A DNA stretch of 63,931 nucleotides, the filler included, from Deltaproteobacteria bacterium (GTDB taxonomy: Bacteria; CG2-30-53-67): NCBI GenBank assembly GCA_013151235.1. It is 5 parts of 5 records of this genome, joined end to end, with 100 filler letters (N's around TTAATTAATTAA, not from the genome) between each part and the next. Parts side by side here need not be neighbours in the genome. Positions count along the whole stretch, not along the records: positions 8,624 to 18,325 come from JAADIO010000063.1; positions 18,426 to 49,761 come from JAADIO010000038.1; 3 more parts are not named here. One strand, written 5' to 3'. The position numbers and the translations under genes were made by a program. The notes beneath the pieces were generated by a model. The model was not told the origin of the DNA. It did not search any database and saw nothing but the letters and a program-made list of their open reading frames with translations. Shown here piece after piece: positions 17,686 through 27,043 of this stretch (position 1 is its first letter; every line of letters begins with the position of its first letter).

Positions 17686-18325
17686 ATGAAAAAGATTTTA
17701 GTCATCACAGCAGCAGTGCTTCTCGCCATCGGTATGACGGCATCCTTCTCTTTCGCCGATGGCAGCGCAAACGGCATCACCGGTTCTCCCCATGACTTCT
17801 CGACAACCAGCACGCCTCATGACACTGGTGAGGTGGCCTGGAACATGCACCCCGGTGAAATTTGCCGCGTCTGCCACATCCCGCATGATGTCGAAAACCC
17901 GAATCTTAGCCTGAGCCGTCTCGGCGACATCAAAACGGACACCAGTTCCCTCATCTGGAACCGGAAACTCTCCAGCGAGACCTACGATACCTACGTCCTT
18001 GATGGTTCGCCGATGGACCAGCCTGACGGCACCTCCGTTCTCTGCCTCGGCTGCCATGACGACACCGTCGCCCTTGGAACCTTTGACAAGTATGCCGGCG
18101 GAGGCAACCCGGTCGATAGCTCCATCTCCGACATGGACAGTGAAGCCGTCATCGGCGGGAACACCGCTTCGTTGGCCCGGACCCATCCGATCTCCATCGA
18201 CTATCCGTCGGACGAGACCGATAGCTTCAACGATCCTAATACCGCAAAATTCGCGAACGGAGACACCGTTGCCGATGAGCTTGAAGAAATCGGCAGCGAG
18301 CATAAGGTCCAGTGCGCCACCTGCC
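17686..18325 (+). CDS. Exported OmcE-like multiheme cytochrome (3'-truncated by contig end)
   Basis: AGAAAGGA RBS and Sec signal. SPHDFS...ICRVCHIPH...LIWNR...QPDGTSVLCLGCHDD...THPISIDY...VQCATC aligns by eye with the N-terminal module of 3741-5486. Confidence 0.87.
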
Positions 18326-18425
18326 NNNNNNNNNNNNNNNNNNNNNNNNNNNNNNNNNNNNNNNNNNNNTTAATTAATTAANNNNNNNNNNNNNNNNNNN
18401 NNNNNNNNNNNNNNNNNNNNNNNNN
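18326..18425. other. Artificial contig spacer
   Basis: N44-TTAATTAATTAA-N44. Confidence 0.99.
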
Positions 18426-18859
18426 TGGCGGGGGTGGTCTATCCTTCCATCGACGTCAAGAGTCGTTCATCAAAAAAACTCTGCCGGATGGTGGTCCAAA
18501 AAATCGGCGAGGCCGATCTCGGCTGCGTCGGATTTCACCCCCCCAGCGCCGTCTTCTATATCGACCGGGAAAGGGAATATCCCCTCTTCGATTTCAAGCG
18601 GGATCTTGCGGCGGGGATCGCTTTCCTCAAGCGGCCGGAGAAGGTCTATTGCCTCATGGACCGGAAGATCTATGAGAAAAACCGGGACCGCCTCGATCCG
18701 GTCAGCCGGGAGGTTCTCCTCCCCGGTTTCCCCGGAAAGGGGTGGAAGTGGGACGTGGTCTTCCTGACGAACAGAGCGGCTCAAGGAACGGAAGAAAAGA
18801 CAACCCCCTCTCAGTCCACTCAGGGGCAGGGAGGGATTGCGGCGCCGCGAATGATCTGA
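18426..18859 (+). CDS. C-terminal periplasmic domain of an ArnT-like glycosyltransferase (5'-truncated)
   Basis: VYPSIDVKSRSSKKLC...PSAVFYIDRE...VVFLTNR resembles the C-terminal domains of the ArnT-like genes downstream; it sits directly before arnB. Confidence 0.55.
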
Positions 18860-18934
18860 GGCTCTCCCCCTTTTTCCCGTAAGAGGAGACTTGTAAGGAA
18901 CACAGGAACAGGGAAGTTCTGAGGACATACAGCA

Positions 18935-20134
18935 ATGACAGCACAGGATGAATCGAACCGGCCGGACCGTCTCACATTCCTCCCCTTCTCCCTCCCCTCG
19001 ATCGGGGAGGAGGAGATCGCCGAGGTGGTCGATTCCCTCCGCTCGGGCTGGATCACGACCGGTCCCAAGACGGAGCGGTTCGAAAAGGAATTCGCCGACT
19101 ACGTCGGCGCCAAATACGCCGTGGGACTCTCGTCGGCCACAGCAGGGCTCCATCTCTCCCTGAAGGCCCTCGGTGTCGGTCCGGGAGACGAGGTGATCAC
19201 CACCCCCATGACCTTCGCCGCGACCGTGAACATGATCGTCGCCAACGGAGCGACGCCGGTCTTCGCCGACATCGACCCTCAAACCCTGCAGATCGACCCC
19301 GTAGAGGTGGAAAAGAAGGTCACGGAGAAGACGAAGGCAATCGTCCCGGTTCACTTCGCCGGTCAGCCGGTCGATCTCGATGCCATCCATACCATTGCCA
19401 AGATCCACCATCTGACCGTCCTGGAGGACGCCGCCCATGCCGTAGGGACCGAATATAAAGGAAAGCGGATCGGGGCCTTAAGTGAACTCTCCGTATTTTC
19501 CTTCCACCCGATCAAGAACATCACCACCGGCGAGGGGGGGATGGTCACGACGAACGACGAGGCCCTGGCGGAACGGGTCCGTCTCCTCAAGTTCCACGGG
19601 ATCTCCAAAGACGCCTGGAAACGGTACGACGAGAAAGGAACCCCCCACTACGACGTCCTCGATGTCGGCTTCAAGTACAACATGATGGATCTCCAGGCGG
19701 CCCTCGGCATCCACCAGCTGAAAAAGGCCGATGCCTTCAACGCCCGGCGGAGCGAGATGGCCGCCCGCTACAACGAGGCCTTCGCCGCTCTCGAGGGGAT
19801 CGACCTGCCCGGAGAGGTCGCCTGGCCCCACAGGCACGCCTGGCACCTCTACGTGATCTTCGTCCGCCCCGACCGGCTGGGCCTCGACCGGGACGGGTTC
19901 ATGGCCGCCCTGAAGGAGGCGAAGATCGGAACGGGGATCCACTTCATCGCCGTCCACCTACACCGATATTACCGGGAGCACTTTGCCTTCCGCCGTGGGG
20001 ACCTTCCCCATGCCGAATCTATCTCCGACCGGATCCTGTCGCTTCCCCTCTTTCCGGGGATGACCGGCCGGGACCAGGAGGACGTCATTCGTGCGGTCCG
20101 GAAAATCTGTCAAGAGCATAGGAGAGGTTCATGA
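18935..20134 (+). CDS. arnB: UDP-4-amino-4-deoxy-L-arabinose aminotransferase (DegT/DnrJ family)
   Basis: FLPFSLPSIG, SGWITTGPK, EDAAHAVGT and FSFHPIKNITTGEGG (PLP lysine); arn operon context. Confidence 0.9.
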   Translation: MTAQDESNRPDRLTFLPFSLPSIGEEEIAEVVDSLRSGWITTGPKTERFEKEFADYVGAKYAVGLSSATAGLHLSLKALGVGPGDEVITTPMTFAATVNMIVANGATPVFADIDPQTLQIDPVEVEKKVTEKTKAIVPVHFAGQPVDLDAIHTIAKIHHLTVLEDAAHAVGTEYKGKRIGALSELSVFSFHPIKNITTGEGGMVTTNDEALAERVRLLKFHGISKDAWKRYDEKGTPHYDVLDVGFKYNMMDLQAALGIHQLKKADAFNARRSEMAARYNEAFAALEGIDLPGEVAWPHRHAWHLYVIFVRPDRLGLDRDGFMAALKEAKIGTGIHFIAVHLHRYYREHFAFRRGDLPHAESISDRILSLPLFPGMTGRDQEDVIRAVRKICQEHRRGS

Positions 20135-21072
20135 GCCCAACCCCCTACATCTCCGTCGTGGTCCCCGTCTATAACGAAGAGGCGACTCTCGATAAACTCT
20201 TCGCCCGGCTCTATCCGGTCCTTGCCGGAATGAACAAACCCTTCGAGATCATCTTCGTCGACGACGGGAGCCGGGACCGTTCCCTTGCTATCCTCCGGGA
20301 GTTCTATGACCGGCATCCCGGGGAGATCGTCATCATAGAATTCAACGGCAACTTCGGCCAGCACATGGCGATCATCTCGGCCTTCGAACGGTGCCGCGGG
20401 GAGATCATCATCACCATCGACGCCGACCTCCAGAACCCCCCCGAGGAGATCCCCCGCCTTGTGGAGACCATGGAGCAGGGCTACGACGCCGTCGGGGGAT
20501 ACCGCAGGGAACGCAAGGACACCCTCTTCCGGCGCGGCTCTTCCTGGGCCGTCAACAAGATCACAAGCCGGATCACCGGGATCGAGCTGAAGGATTACGG
20601 CTGCATGCTGCGGGCCTATCACCGCAGCATCATCGACAGCATTAACCGGTGCCAGGAGAACACGACCTTCATCCCGGCGCTCGCCCACTCCTTCGCAAGC
20701 AACCCAACAGAGATCGAGGTCGGCCACGAGGAACGGACGGCGGGGGATTCGAAGTACACCCTGTACAAGCTGCTCCGCCTCAACTTCGACCTCATGACCG
20801 GATTTTCCGTTGTACCGCTCCAGATCTTCACGGTTCTCGGTTTCCTGATCGCCTTCTTCAGCTTCGCATTCGGAATCTTCCTCGCCTTCCGCCGGCTGAT
20901 CATCGGCCCCGAGGCGCAGGGACTCTTCACCCTCTTCGATATCCTCTTCTTCATGGTGGGAATCCTCATGTTCGGCGTGGGGATCCTCGGTGAATACGTA
21001 GGAAGGATCTACCAGGAGGTGCGGGAACGGCCCCGCTTCGTGATCCGGAAGACCTACGGGCTGGAGGAGTAA
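20131..21072 (+). CDS. arnC: Undecaprenyl-phosphate 4-deoxy-4-formamido-L-arabinose transferase (GT2)
   Basis: VVVPVYNEE, NFGQHMAI, DADLQNPPEEIP, DYGCMLRAY, TFIPALA and GEYVGRIYQEVRERPRF. Confidence 0.92.
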   Translation: MSPTPYISVVVPVYNEEATLDKLFARLYPVLAGMNKPFEIIFVDDGSRDRSLAILREFYDRHPGEIVIIEFNGNFGQHMAIISAFERCRGEIIITIDADLQNPPEEIPRLVETMEQGYDAVGGYRRERKDTLFRRGSSWAVNKITSRITGIELKDYGCMLRAYHRSIIDSINRCQENTTFIPALAHSFASNPTEIEVGHEERTAGDSKYTLYKLLRLNFDLMTGFSVVPLQIFTVLGFLIAFFSFAFGIFLAFRRLIIGPEAQGLFTLFDILFFMVGILMFGVGILGEYVGRIYQEVRERPRFVIRKTYGLEE

Positions 21073-21989
21073 TGCGGGCCGTCGTCTTCGGATACCACAA
21101 TCTCGGTCATGACTGCCTCGAGGTCCTGATCGAATCAGGCGTCGACGTGGCCGCGCTGATCACCCACGAGGACGACCCTAAGGAGGAGATCTATTTCCGG
21201 ACCCCCTTCAGCCTGGCCCGCGGGCATGACATCCCCGTCCGGACACCGACGGCATCGGAGCTTTCCACCCCGTGGTTCGTCAACTGGATCCGGAGTCTTT
21301 CGCCGGAGATCCTCTTTTCCTTCTACTACCGCCACATGATCCCGGAGGCGCTCCTTGCAATCCCGACGCGGGGGGCGATGAACATGCACGGATCGCTCCT
21401 GCCGAAGTACCGCGGGCGCTGCCCCGTAAACTGGGTGATCATAAACGGCGAGGAGGAGACGGGGGTAACCCTCCATTACATGGTCGGGGCTCCCGACGCA
21501 GGAGACATCGTGGGACAGGAGAGGGTCGCCATTGCCGACGACGACACCGCCGGGACCCTCATGGAGAAGATCAACGGGGCGGGCGTGGCCCTATTCCGCA
21601 GGCTCCTCCCCGCGATCCTGGAAGGCACCGCTCCCCGGATCCCCCAGGACGAAAGCCGGGCAAGCTACTTCAGCGGACGGCGGCCCGGGGACGGCCGGAT
21701 CGACTGGAAGCAGCCTGCAGCAAAGATCCACAACCTCGTCCGGGCTGTAACGCACCCTTACCCGGGCGCCTTCACCGAATCGGGCGGAAAGAAACTCTTT
21801 GTCTGGGAGAGCCGGGTGGAAGAAGGGGGAACCGGCGAACCGGGGGAGATCCTCTCCACCACGCCCCTGACCGTGGCCGCGGGATCGGGCGCCCTGGCAC
21901 TCCTCGAAGTCCAGCGGGAAGGGGAAGAGGAGATGGAGGGGACGATCTTTGCAAAACGCCACGGCCTGAAAGAGGGGAATCGATTGTGA
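21072..21989 (+). CDS. arnA: UDP-L-Ara4N formyltransferase (stand-alone ArnA N-terminal domain)
   Basis: MRAVVFGYHNLG, FSFYYR, NMHGSLLPKYRGRCPVNW, DAGDIV and VRAVTHPYPGAF. Confidence 0.9.
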   Translation: MRAVVFGYHNLGHDCLEVLIESGVDVAALITHEDDPKEEIYFRTPFSLARGHDIPVRTPTASELSTPWFVNWIRSLSPEILFSFYYRHMIPEALLAIPTRGAMNMHGSLLPKYRGRCPVNWVIINGEEETGVTLHYMVGAPDAGDIVGQERVAIADDDTAGTLMEKINGAGVALFRRLLPAILEGTAPRIPQDESRASYFSGRRPGDGRIDWKQPAAKIHNLVRAVTHPYPGAFTESGGKKLFVWESRVEEGGTGEPGEILSTTPLTVAAGSGALALLEVQREGEEEMEGTIFAKRHGLKEGNRL

Positions 21990-22000
21990 AGCAAAGCCTT

Positions 22001-22208
22001 TAACCACGGGGAAAGCGAAAGCTGAAACCGGCCTCTCGCCAAGAACGCAAAGAGCGCGAAGAAAAGCAAAGGCAATCACCATGAAGTACATGAAGAAAGA
22101 AACGGCACACCCCCCTCGGTCCCCCTTGCAGAATGGGGAGGCCGGCGGTCCCTTGATGATCGGTGTGCTATCTTCCCCCCTTTCGAACAAAGGGGCTGGG
22201 GGGAATTT
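22001..22208. repeat. Stack of partial palindromic repeats between the two arnA halves
   Basis: taaccacgggg; TCTCGCCAAGAACGCAAAGAGCGCGAAG (22034-22061); caccatgaagtacatgaag; ccccctcggtccccctt...gggg; and tcccccctttcgaacaaaggggctgggggga. Confidence 0.65.
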
Positions 22209-22237
22209 GAAAAGTCAAAGACGAAAAGGAGCTCAGA

Positions 22238-23269
22238 ATGAAGGTTTTAATCTTGGGTGTCAACGGTTTCATCGGTAACAGCCTCACCCGCAGGATCATG
22301 GAGACCACCGGCTGGGAGGTCTACGGGATGGACATGGCGGCGGACAAGCTGGAGCACTCCATGGATAATCCCCGCTTCCATTTCGTCGAGGGGGACATCT
22401 CAATCAACAAGGAGTGGATCGAATACCACATCAAGAAGAGCGACGTGGTCCTTCCCCTGGTCGCCATCGCCACGCCGGCCTCCTACGTGAAGGATCCCCT
22501 CTCCGTTTTCGAACTCGATTTCGAGGAGAACCTCCGGATCGTCCGGCAGTGCGTAAAGTACGGCAAACGGGTGATCTTCCCCTCCACCTCCGAGGTCTAC
22601 GGGATGTGTACCGATTCCGAATTCGACCCGGAGACGAGCCGGCTGGTCCTGGGGCCGATCCACAAGGAACGGTGGATCTACAGCTGCAGCAAGCAGCTAA
22701 TGGACCGGGTCATCTGGGCCTACGGCAGGTCGGGCCTGCGGTTCACCCTGATTCGTCCCTTCAACTGGATCGGTCCTAAGCTCGACCGGATCACCGTCGG
22801 CAAGGAAGGGAGTTCCCGGGTCCTGACCCAGTTCCTGGGCAACATCCTCGCGGGGGAACCGATCAAGCTCGTCGACGGCGGGAAGCAGAGCCGCTCCTTC
22901 ACCTATATCGACGACGGGATCGACTGCCTCATGAAGATCATCGAGAACAAAGGCGATGTCTGCCAGAAGCAGATCTTCAATATCGGCAACCCCGCCAACG
23001 ACCTGACCATCCGGGACCTCGCCGTCATGCTCCGGGAGATGGTGATGGAGTATCCCGACTACCGGGAGCGCGCCGAGGCGACGGAGATCATCGAGGTCAG
23101 CTCCGGTGAATACTACGGGAAAGGGTACGAAGATATCCTCACACGGGTCCCTTCCATCGCAAAGGCGAAGGAACTCCTCGGGTGGGAGCCTAAAACCGAC
23201 CTGAAAACCGCCCTCAAAAAGACCCTCGACTACTACCTGGTCGAGGCGAGGGACGAGGCCCTCCTCTAA
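22238..23269 (+). CDS. arnA: UDP-glucuronate dehydrogenase/decarboxylase (stand-alone ArnA C-terminal domain)
   Basis: VLILGVNGFIGN, EWIEYHIKKSDVVLPLVAIATP, FPSTSEVYGM, RWIYSCSKQLMDRVIWAYG and RPFNWIGP. Confidence 0.93.
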   Translation: MKVLILGVNGFIGNSLTRRIMETTGWEVYGMDMAADKLEHSMDNPRFHFVEGDISINKEWIEYHIKKSDVVLPLVAIATPASYVKDPLSVFELDFEENLRIVRQCVKYGKRVIFPSTSEVYGMCTDSEFDPETSRLVLGPIHKERWIYSCSKQLMDRVIWAYGRSGLRFTLIRPFNWIGPKLDRITVGKEGSSRVLTQFLGNILAGEPIKLVDGGKQSRSFTYIDDGIDCLMKIIENKGDVCQKQIFNIGNPANDLTIRDLAVMLREMVMEYPDYRERAEATEIIEVSSGEYYGKGYEDILTRVPSIAKAKELLGWEPKTDLKTALKKTLDYYLVEARDEALL

Positions 23270-23296
23270 AATCCGGAGGGGTGGAGATCTGCACTG

Positions 23297-24937
23297 ATGA
23301 TGTCCGAAAAGATCCGCGCCCGCCGAGGCGAAGGCCTTCTCCTCCTTCTCCTTGTTGCGGCCGCGGCCTTTCTCTATCTTCACGGCCTCGGCGCCCGGTC
23401 CCTCTGGGGCTCCGAGGGACGGTGGGCGGAGATCGCCCGCGAGATGAAAGCACGTTCCGACTACCGGGTCCCGCGGATCAACGGGACCCCTTACCGGGAC
23501 AAGCCGCTGCTGAGCTATTACATGATCACCGCCCTTACCCCCTTTACGGGAGGGAAGGTGACGGAGACAACGGCACGGCTTCCCTCGGCGCTGGCGGCGC
23601 TAACGGCGGTATTTCTCCTTTACCTCCTGGGAAGGCGGCTCTACGATCCGGCGGCGGCCCTTCTCTCCTCCTCCGTCCTGGCCACCTCCTTCTACCTGGT
23701 CTACTGGGGCCGGGCGGCCTCGGCCGATGTGATCACCATGACGGGGGTGCTACTCTCTCTCCTTTTTTTCGTCTATTACGAAAATGGGGGACGGCCCCTC
23801 TGGATCTACCTCTTCTTTCTCTCGATGGCGGCCAACTCTCTGACCAAGGGCCTTCTCGGCTTCGCCCTTCCCCTCGCCGTGGTCGTCCCCTACCTGATCC
23901 TCAGGAAAGAGGGGCACACCGTCCGGAACCGCCACCTCCTGCCGGCCTTACTGATCGCGGTCGCCCTCTACCTTCTTCCTTTCCTGATCGAGCCGGCGAC
24001 GAACCGGTCGCTCTACCTCGTCTTCCGGGAGAACATCCTCCGTTTCTTCGCTCCCTTCGATCACAAGGAGCCGGTCTATTATTATCTCTACGAGATCTTT
24101 CTCATATTCGCCCCCTGGGCCTTCTTCCTGCCGGGGGCGCTCCTCCATTTTTGCCGCAGGGAGAAGAATAAATCGGACCTGCTGGTCCTGCTCTACTTCA
24201 GCGCCCTCTTCCTCTTCTTCACCCTCTCCGGATCACGGCGGAGCTATTACCTCCTTCCCCTCTTCCCGGCTGCGGCCCTTCTCACCGGGAAGATGTGGTC
24301 CGACCGGATCGCACAACGGGAAGAGAAGGGATCGCTCTACGCCGAACTCATCCTGCCGGGAGGGTTCCTGGCGCTGATCTTCGCCACCGCCGCGGTCCTG
24401 CTCTTTTCCCCCCCCGCCTTTCTTCGTCCCTACGCGGTCTTTCCGCTCCATCTCCACGCGGCGGCTGCGCTCCTTGCCGCGGCGGGGCTGACAACAGGAA
24501 CGGTGCTTTCCCTCCGGCACAGGAACCGGGCGGCAGTCATCCTCTTTCTCCTTGTCATTGCCTCAACGGAGATCTATTATAATGGAGTCCTGGTCCCGGA
24601 GATGGAAGGATACAGGGGACTGCGCCCCTTCTGCCGGGCCGTGAATTCCCTGGAGATCCCCCGTGAACGGCTGGCCGTTCTCCACCAGTGGCGGCAGGGA
24701 AATCTTTATTTTTACCTGAAGGAAATTCCCATTCTCCGGATCGAGGAACCGGCCAAGGCCGGGGGATTCCTCGCGGACCCGGCAAACAGGCTTATCGTGG
24801 AAGGAAAGGATCTCAGGGAGATCGGCGGACGGAAGGACCTTCAGGTCCTCCTTTCGGAGGCCTCTCCCCCGTTCAAGAAGAACGACCGGAAACGGTTCTT
24901 TCTCGTTGCCGGCAGGAAAGGAACCTCCTTGAAATGA
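23297..24937 (+). CDS. arnT: ArnT-family 4-amino-4-deoxy-L-arabinose transferase (GT83)
   Basis: SEGRWAEIAREM, YRDKPLLSY, ARLPSA, LTKG, H-x-EPVYYY and SRRSYYLLP; multiple TM helices. Confidence 0.8.
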   Translation: MMSEKIRARRGEGLLLLLLVAAAAFLYLHGLGARSLWGSEGRWAEIAREMKARSDYRVPRINGTPYRDKPLLSYYMITALTPFTGGKVTETTARLPSALAALTAVFLLYLLGRRLYDPAAALLSSSVLATSFYLVYWGRAASADVITMTGVLLSLLFFVYYENGGRPLWIYLFFLSMAANSLTKGLLGFALPLAVVVPYLILRKEGHTVRNRHLLPALLIAVALYLLPFLIEPATNRSLYLVFRENILRFFAPFDHKEPVYYYLYEIFLIFAPWAFFLPGALLHFCRREKNKSDLLVLLYFSALFLFFTLSGSRRSYYLLPLFPAAALLTGKMWSDRIAQREEKGSLYAELILPGGFLALIFATAAVLLFSPPAFLRPYAVFPLHLHAAAALLAAAGLTTGTVLSLRHRNRAAVILFLLVIASTEIYYNGVLVPEMEGYRGLRPFCRAVNSLEIPRERLAVLHQWRQGNLYFYLKEIPILRIEEPAKAGGFLADPANRLIVEGKDLREIGGRKDLQVLLSEASPPFKKNDRKRFFLVAGRKGTSLK

Positions 24938-25851
24938 CCATGCCACCGAACGGAGGGATCGCCTTCAAGGTCGATATCGATACCTACAAGGGGCTGAAGG
25001 AAGGGGTCCCCGTGCTTCTCGATCTCTTCCGGGAGTCCGGGATCCGCGCGACCTTCTTTGTCTCCCTCGGGCCGGACCACTCCGGCCGGGCGATCTTCCA
25101 GATCTTCCGGAAAGGTTTCTTGCGGAAGATGATACGGACAAAGGCCGCCTCCATGTACGGCTACAGGACCCTACTCTACGGGACCCTGCTGCCGGGCCCG
25201 AAGATGGCGGCCGCCCTGCCGGAGAAGATCCGCGCGATCGAATCGGCCGGCCATGAAATCGGGATCCACTGCTGGGACCACAGGAAATGGCAGGACCGGC
25301 TGCACAGGATGGACAGCGAGGCGGTGGCCTCGGAATTTGGGAAGGCGCGGTCCGCCTTCCGGAAGGTCCTGGGAAGGGAGGCGGAGTGCTGCGCCGCGCC
25401 CGGCTGGATCACAAGTCCCGGCAGTCTCGCGGTGCAGGACGAAGCGGGGCTTGCCTATTGCAGTGATATGCGGGGAGAGGGCCCCTTCCTGCCCGTGCTG
25501 GAGGGAAGAACCTTCGCCACACTCCAGATCCCGACGACCCTTCCGACGATGGACGAGATCCTCGGATCGGAAGCAGGAACGGACGACGAGATCGCACGCT
25601 ACTATCTCAGCCGCCTGGTGCGGGAAGGGCTTCACGTCATGACGATACATGCCGAAACGGAAGGGCAGGGAAAACGGGAGGTCTTCCGTGCCATCCTGCA
25701 GGGAATCCGGGAGAGGCGCACTCTGCCCTTGGGCGAGATCGCCCGGACCTGCATGGAGCAGGAAGAGACCATCCCCCGGTGCCGTGTCATCTACGAAGAG
25801 ATCCCCGGACGGGCGGGCAGGCTCTCCCTGCAGGGGGAAAGGATTGCCTGA
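24934..25851 (+). CDS. arnD: Undecaprenyl-P-L-Ara4FN deformylase (polysaccharide deacetylase fold)
   Basis: FKVDIDTYKG, SLGPDHSGRA, LLYGTLLPGP, GIHCWDHRKWQD, QIPTTLPTMDE and TIHAETEG. ATGA overlap with arnT. Confidence 0.9.
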   Translation: MTMPPNGGIAFKVDIDTYKGLKEGVPVLLDLFRESGIRATFFVSLGPDHSGRAIFQIFRKGFLRKMIRTKAASMYGYRTLLYGTLLPGPKMAAALPEKIRAIESAGHEIGIHCWDHRKWQDRLHRMDSEAVASEFGKARSAFRKVLGREAECCAAPGWITSPGSLAVQDEAGLAYCSDMRGEGPFLPVLEGRTFATLQIPTTLPTMDEILGSEAGTDDEIARYYLSRLVREGLHVMTIHAETEGQGKREVFRAILQGIRERRTLPLGEIARTCMEQEETIPRCRVIYEEIPGRAGRLSLQGERIA

Positions 25852-26577
25852 ATGAACGCAGTGGAACTCTCCATCGTCATCCCCGTCTACAACGAGGAAG
25901 AGAACGTCCCGATCCTCGTCGCCGAACTGGAAGAAACCCTGGATACCCTGGGACGGGGCTACGAGATCATATTTGTCGACGACGGAAGCCGTGACAAAAG
26001 CCTGGAGCGGCTCGTCGAGGCCCGGGAGAAGAACCCCGCCATCCGGATATTGAGCTTCGAAGAGAACGCCGGGCAGACGGCCGCCATGGATGCCGGATTC
26101 CGGGCCGCACGGGGGGAGATCATCGTCACCCTCGATGCCGACCTGCAGAACAGCCCCCGCGATATTCCTCTCCTCTTGGCGAAGATACCCGAATACGATA
26201 TCGTCTGCGGATGGAGGGCGGAACGTAATGATCCCTGGATCCGGAAGATCTCCTCATGGATCGCCAACACCGTGCGAAACGCCTTAAGCGACGAGGAGAT
26301 CCACGATACCGGCTGCTCCCTGAAGGCCTACAAACGGGCCTGTTTCGAGAAGATCAAGCTCTACCACGGCATGCACCGCTTCCTCCCCACCCTCTTCAAG
26401 ATGGAAGGGTACCGGGCCGTGGAAGTGAAGGTCGGTCATTACCCGCGCAAATACGGCCTCTCCAAGTACAACATCAGAAACCGCCTTTTCCGGTCCTTCA
26501 TGGATCTGCTCGCCGTCCGGTGGATGAAGAAACGACAGATCCATTATCAAGTGAGGAAGGACATCTCCGATCTTTAA
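25852..26577 (+). CDS. Polyprenyl-phosphate glycosyltransferase (GT2, DPM-like, no C-terminal TMs)
   Basis: IVIPVYNEEEN, GQTAAMDAGF, LDADLQNSP, DTGCSLKAY, GMHRFLP and DLLAVRW. Confidence 0.9.
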   Translation: MNAVELSIVIPVYNEEENVPILVAELEETLDTLGRGYEIIFVDDGSRDKSLERLVEAREKNPAIRILSFEENAGQTAAMDAGFRAARGEIIVTLDADLQNSPRDIPLLLAKIPEYDIVCGWRAERNDPWIRKISSWIANTVRNALSDEEIHDTGCSLKAYKRACFEKIKLYHGMHRFLPTLFKMEGYRAVEVKVGHYPRKYGLSKYNIRNRLFRSFMDLLAVRWMKKRQIHYQVRKDISDL

Positions 26578-26603
26578 GGCAGCTTTCAGCCTGGAACCAA
26601 CTT

Positions 26604-26643
26604 CCCCCCGCATCCCGACCTTCTCCCCGGGGGAGAGAAGGGG
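26604..26643. repeat. REP-like palindrome, second copy of the 15528-15568 family
   Basis: CCCCCCGCATCCCGACCTTCTCCCCGGGGGAGAGAAGGGG. Confidence 0.7.
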
Positions 26644-26767
26644 CTTTCATATCCTTTTGATCCTCTTTGGAAAGAATATTTACTTTCCCGCTCTGCTGCG
26701 CTATAGTGCGCCCAACAAAAACGGCTTTGCAAAAAGTCCGTCCGCTTTTTCACGCAAAGGTGTCATT

Positions 26768-27043
26768 ATGAATTTCTGGATTGTTTTCGGTCTGGCCGGT
26801 CAGGTCATGTTTTCCCTGCGCTTCCTCGTACAGTGGATCGCCTCGGAACGGAAGAAAAGAAGCGTCATCCCCGTCCAGTTCTGGTACTTAAGCATCGCCG
26901 GGAGCCTGATCCTTCTTGTTTATGCCATTCAGCGGAAAGACCCCGTCTTTATCCTCGGTCAATCGACGGGAACGCTGATCTATGTACGAAACCTCATCCT
27001 GATCTACCGCAAACCGCAAGAGGTGCCGGATGGCACACAGTAA
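26768..27043 (+). CDS. Small membrane protein, lipid A biosynthesis N-terminal (LAB_N) domain
   Basis: GLAGQVMFSLRFLVQWIASERKKRSVIPVQFWYLS...YAIQRKDPVFILGQ...IYVRNL; AAAGGTG RBS before ATG 26768. Confidence 0.9.
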   Translation: MNFWIVFGLAGQVMFSLRFLVQWIASERKKRSVIPVQFWYLSIAGSLILLVYAIQRKDPVFILGQSTGTLIYVRNLILIYRKPQEVPDGTQ

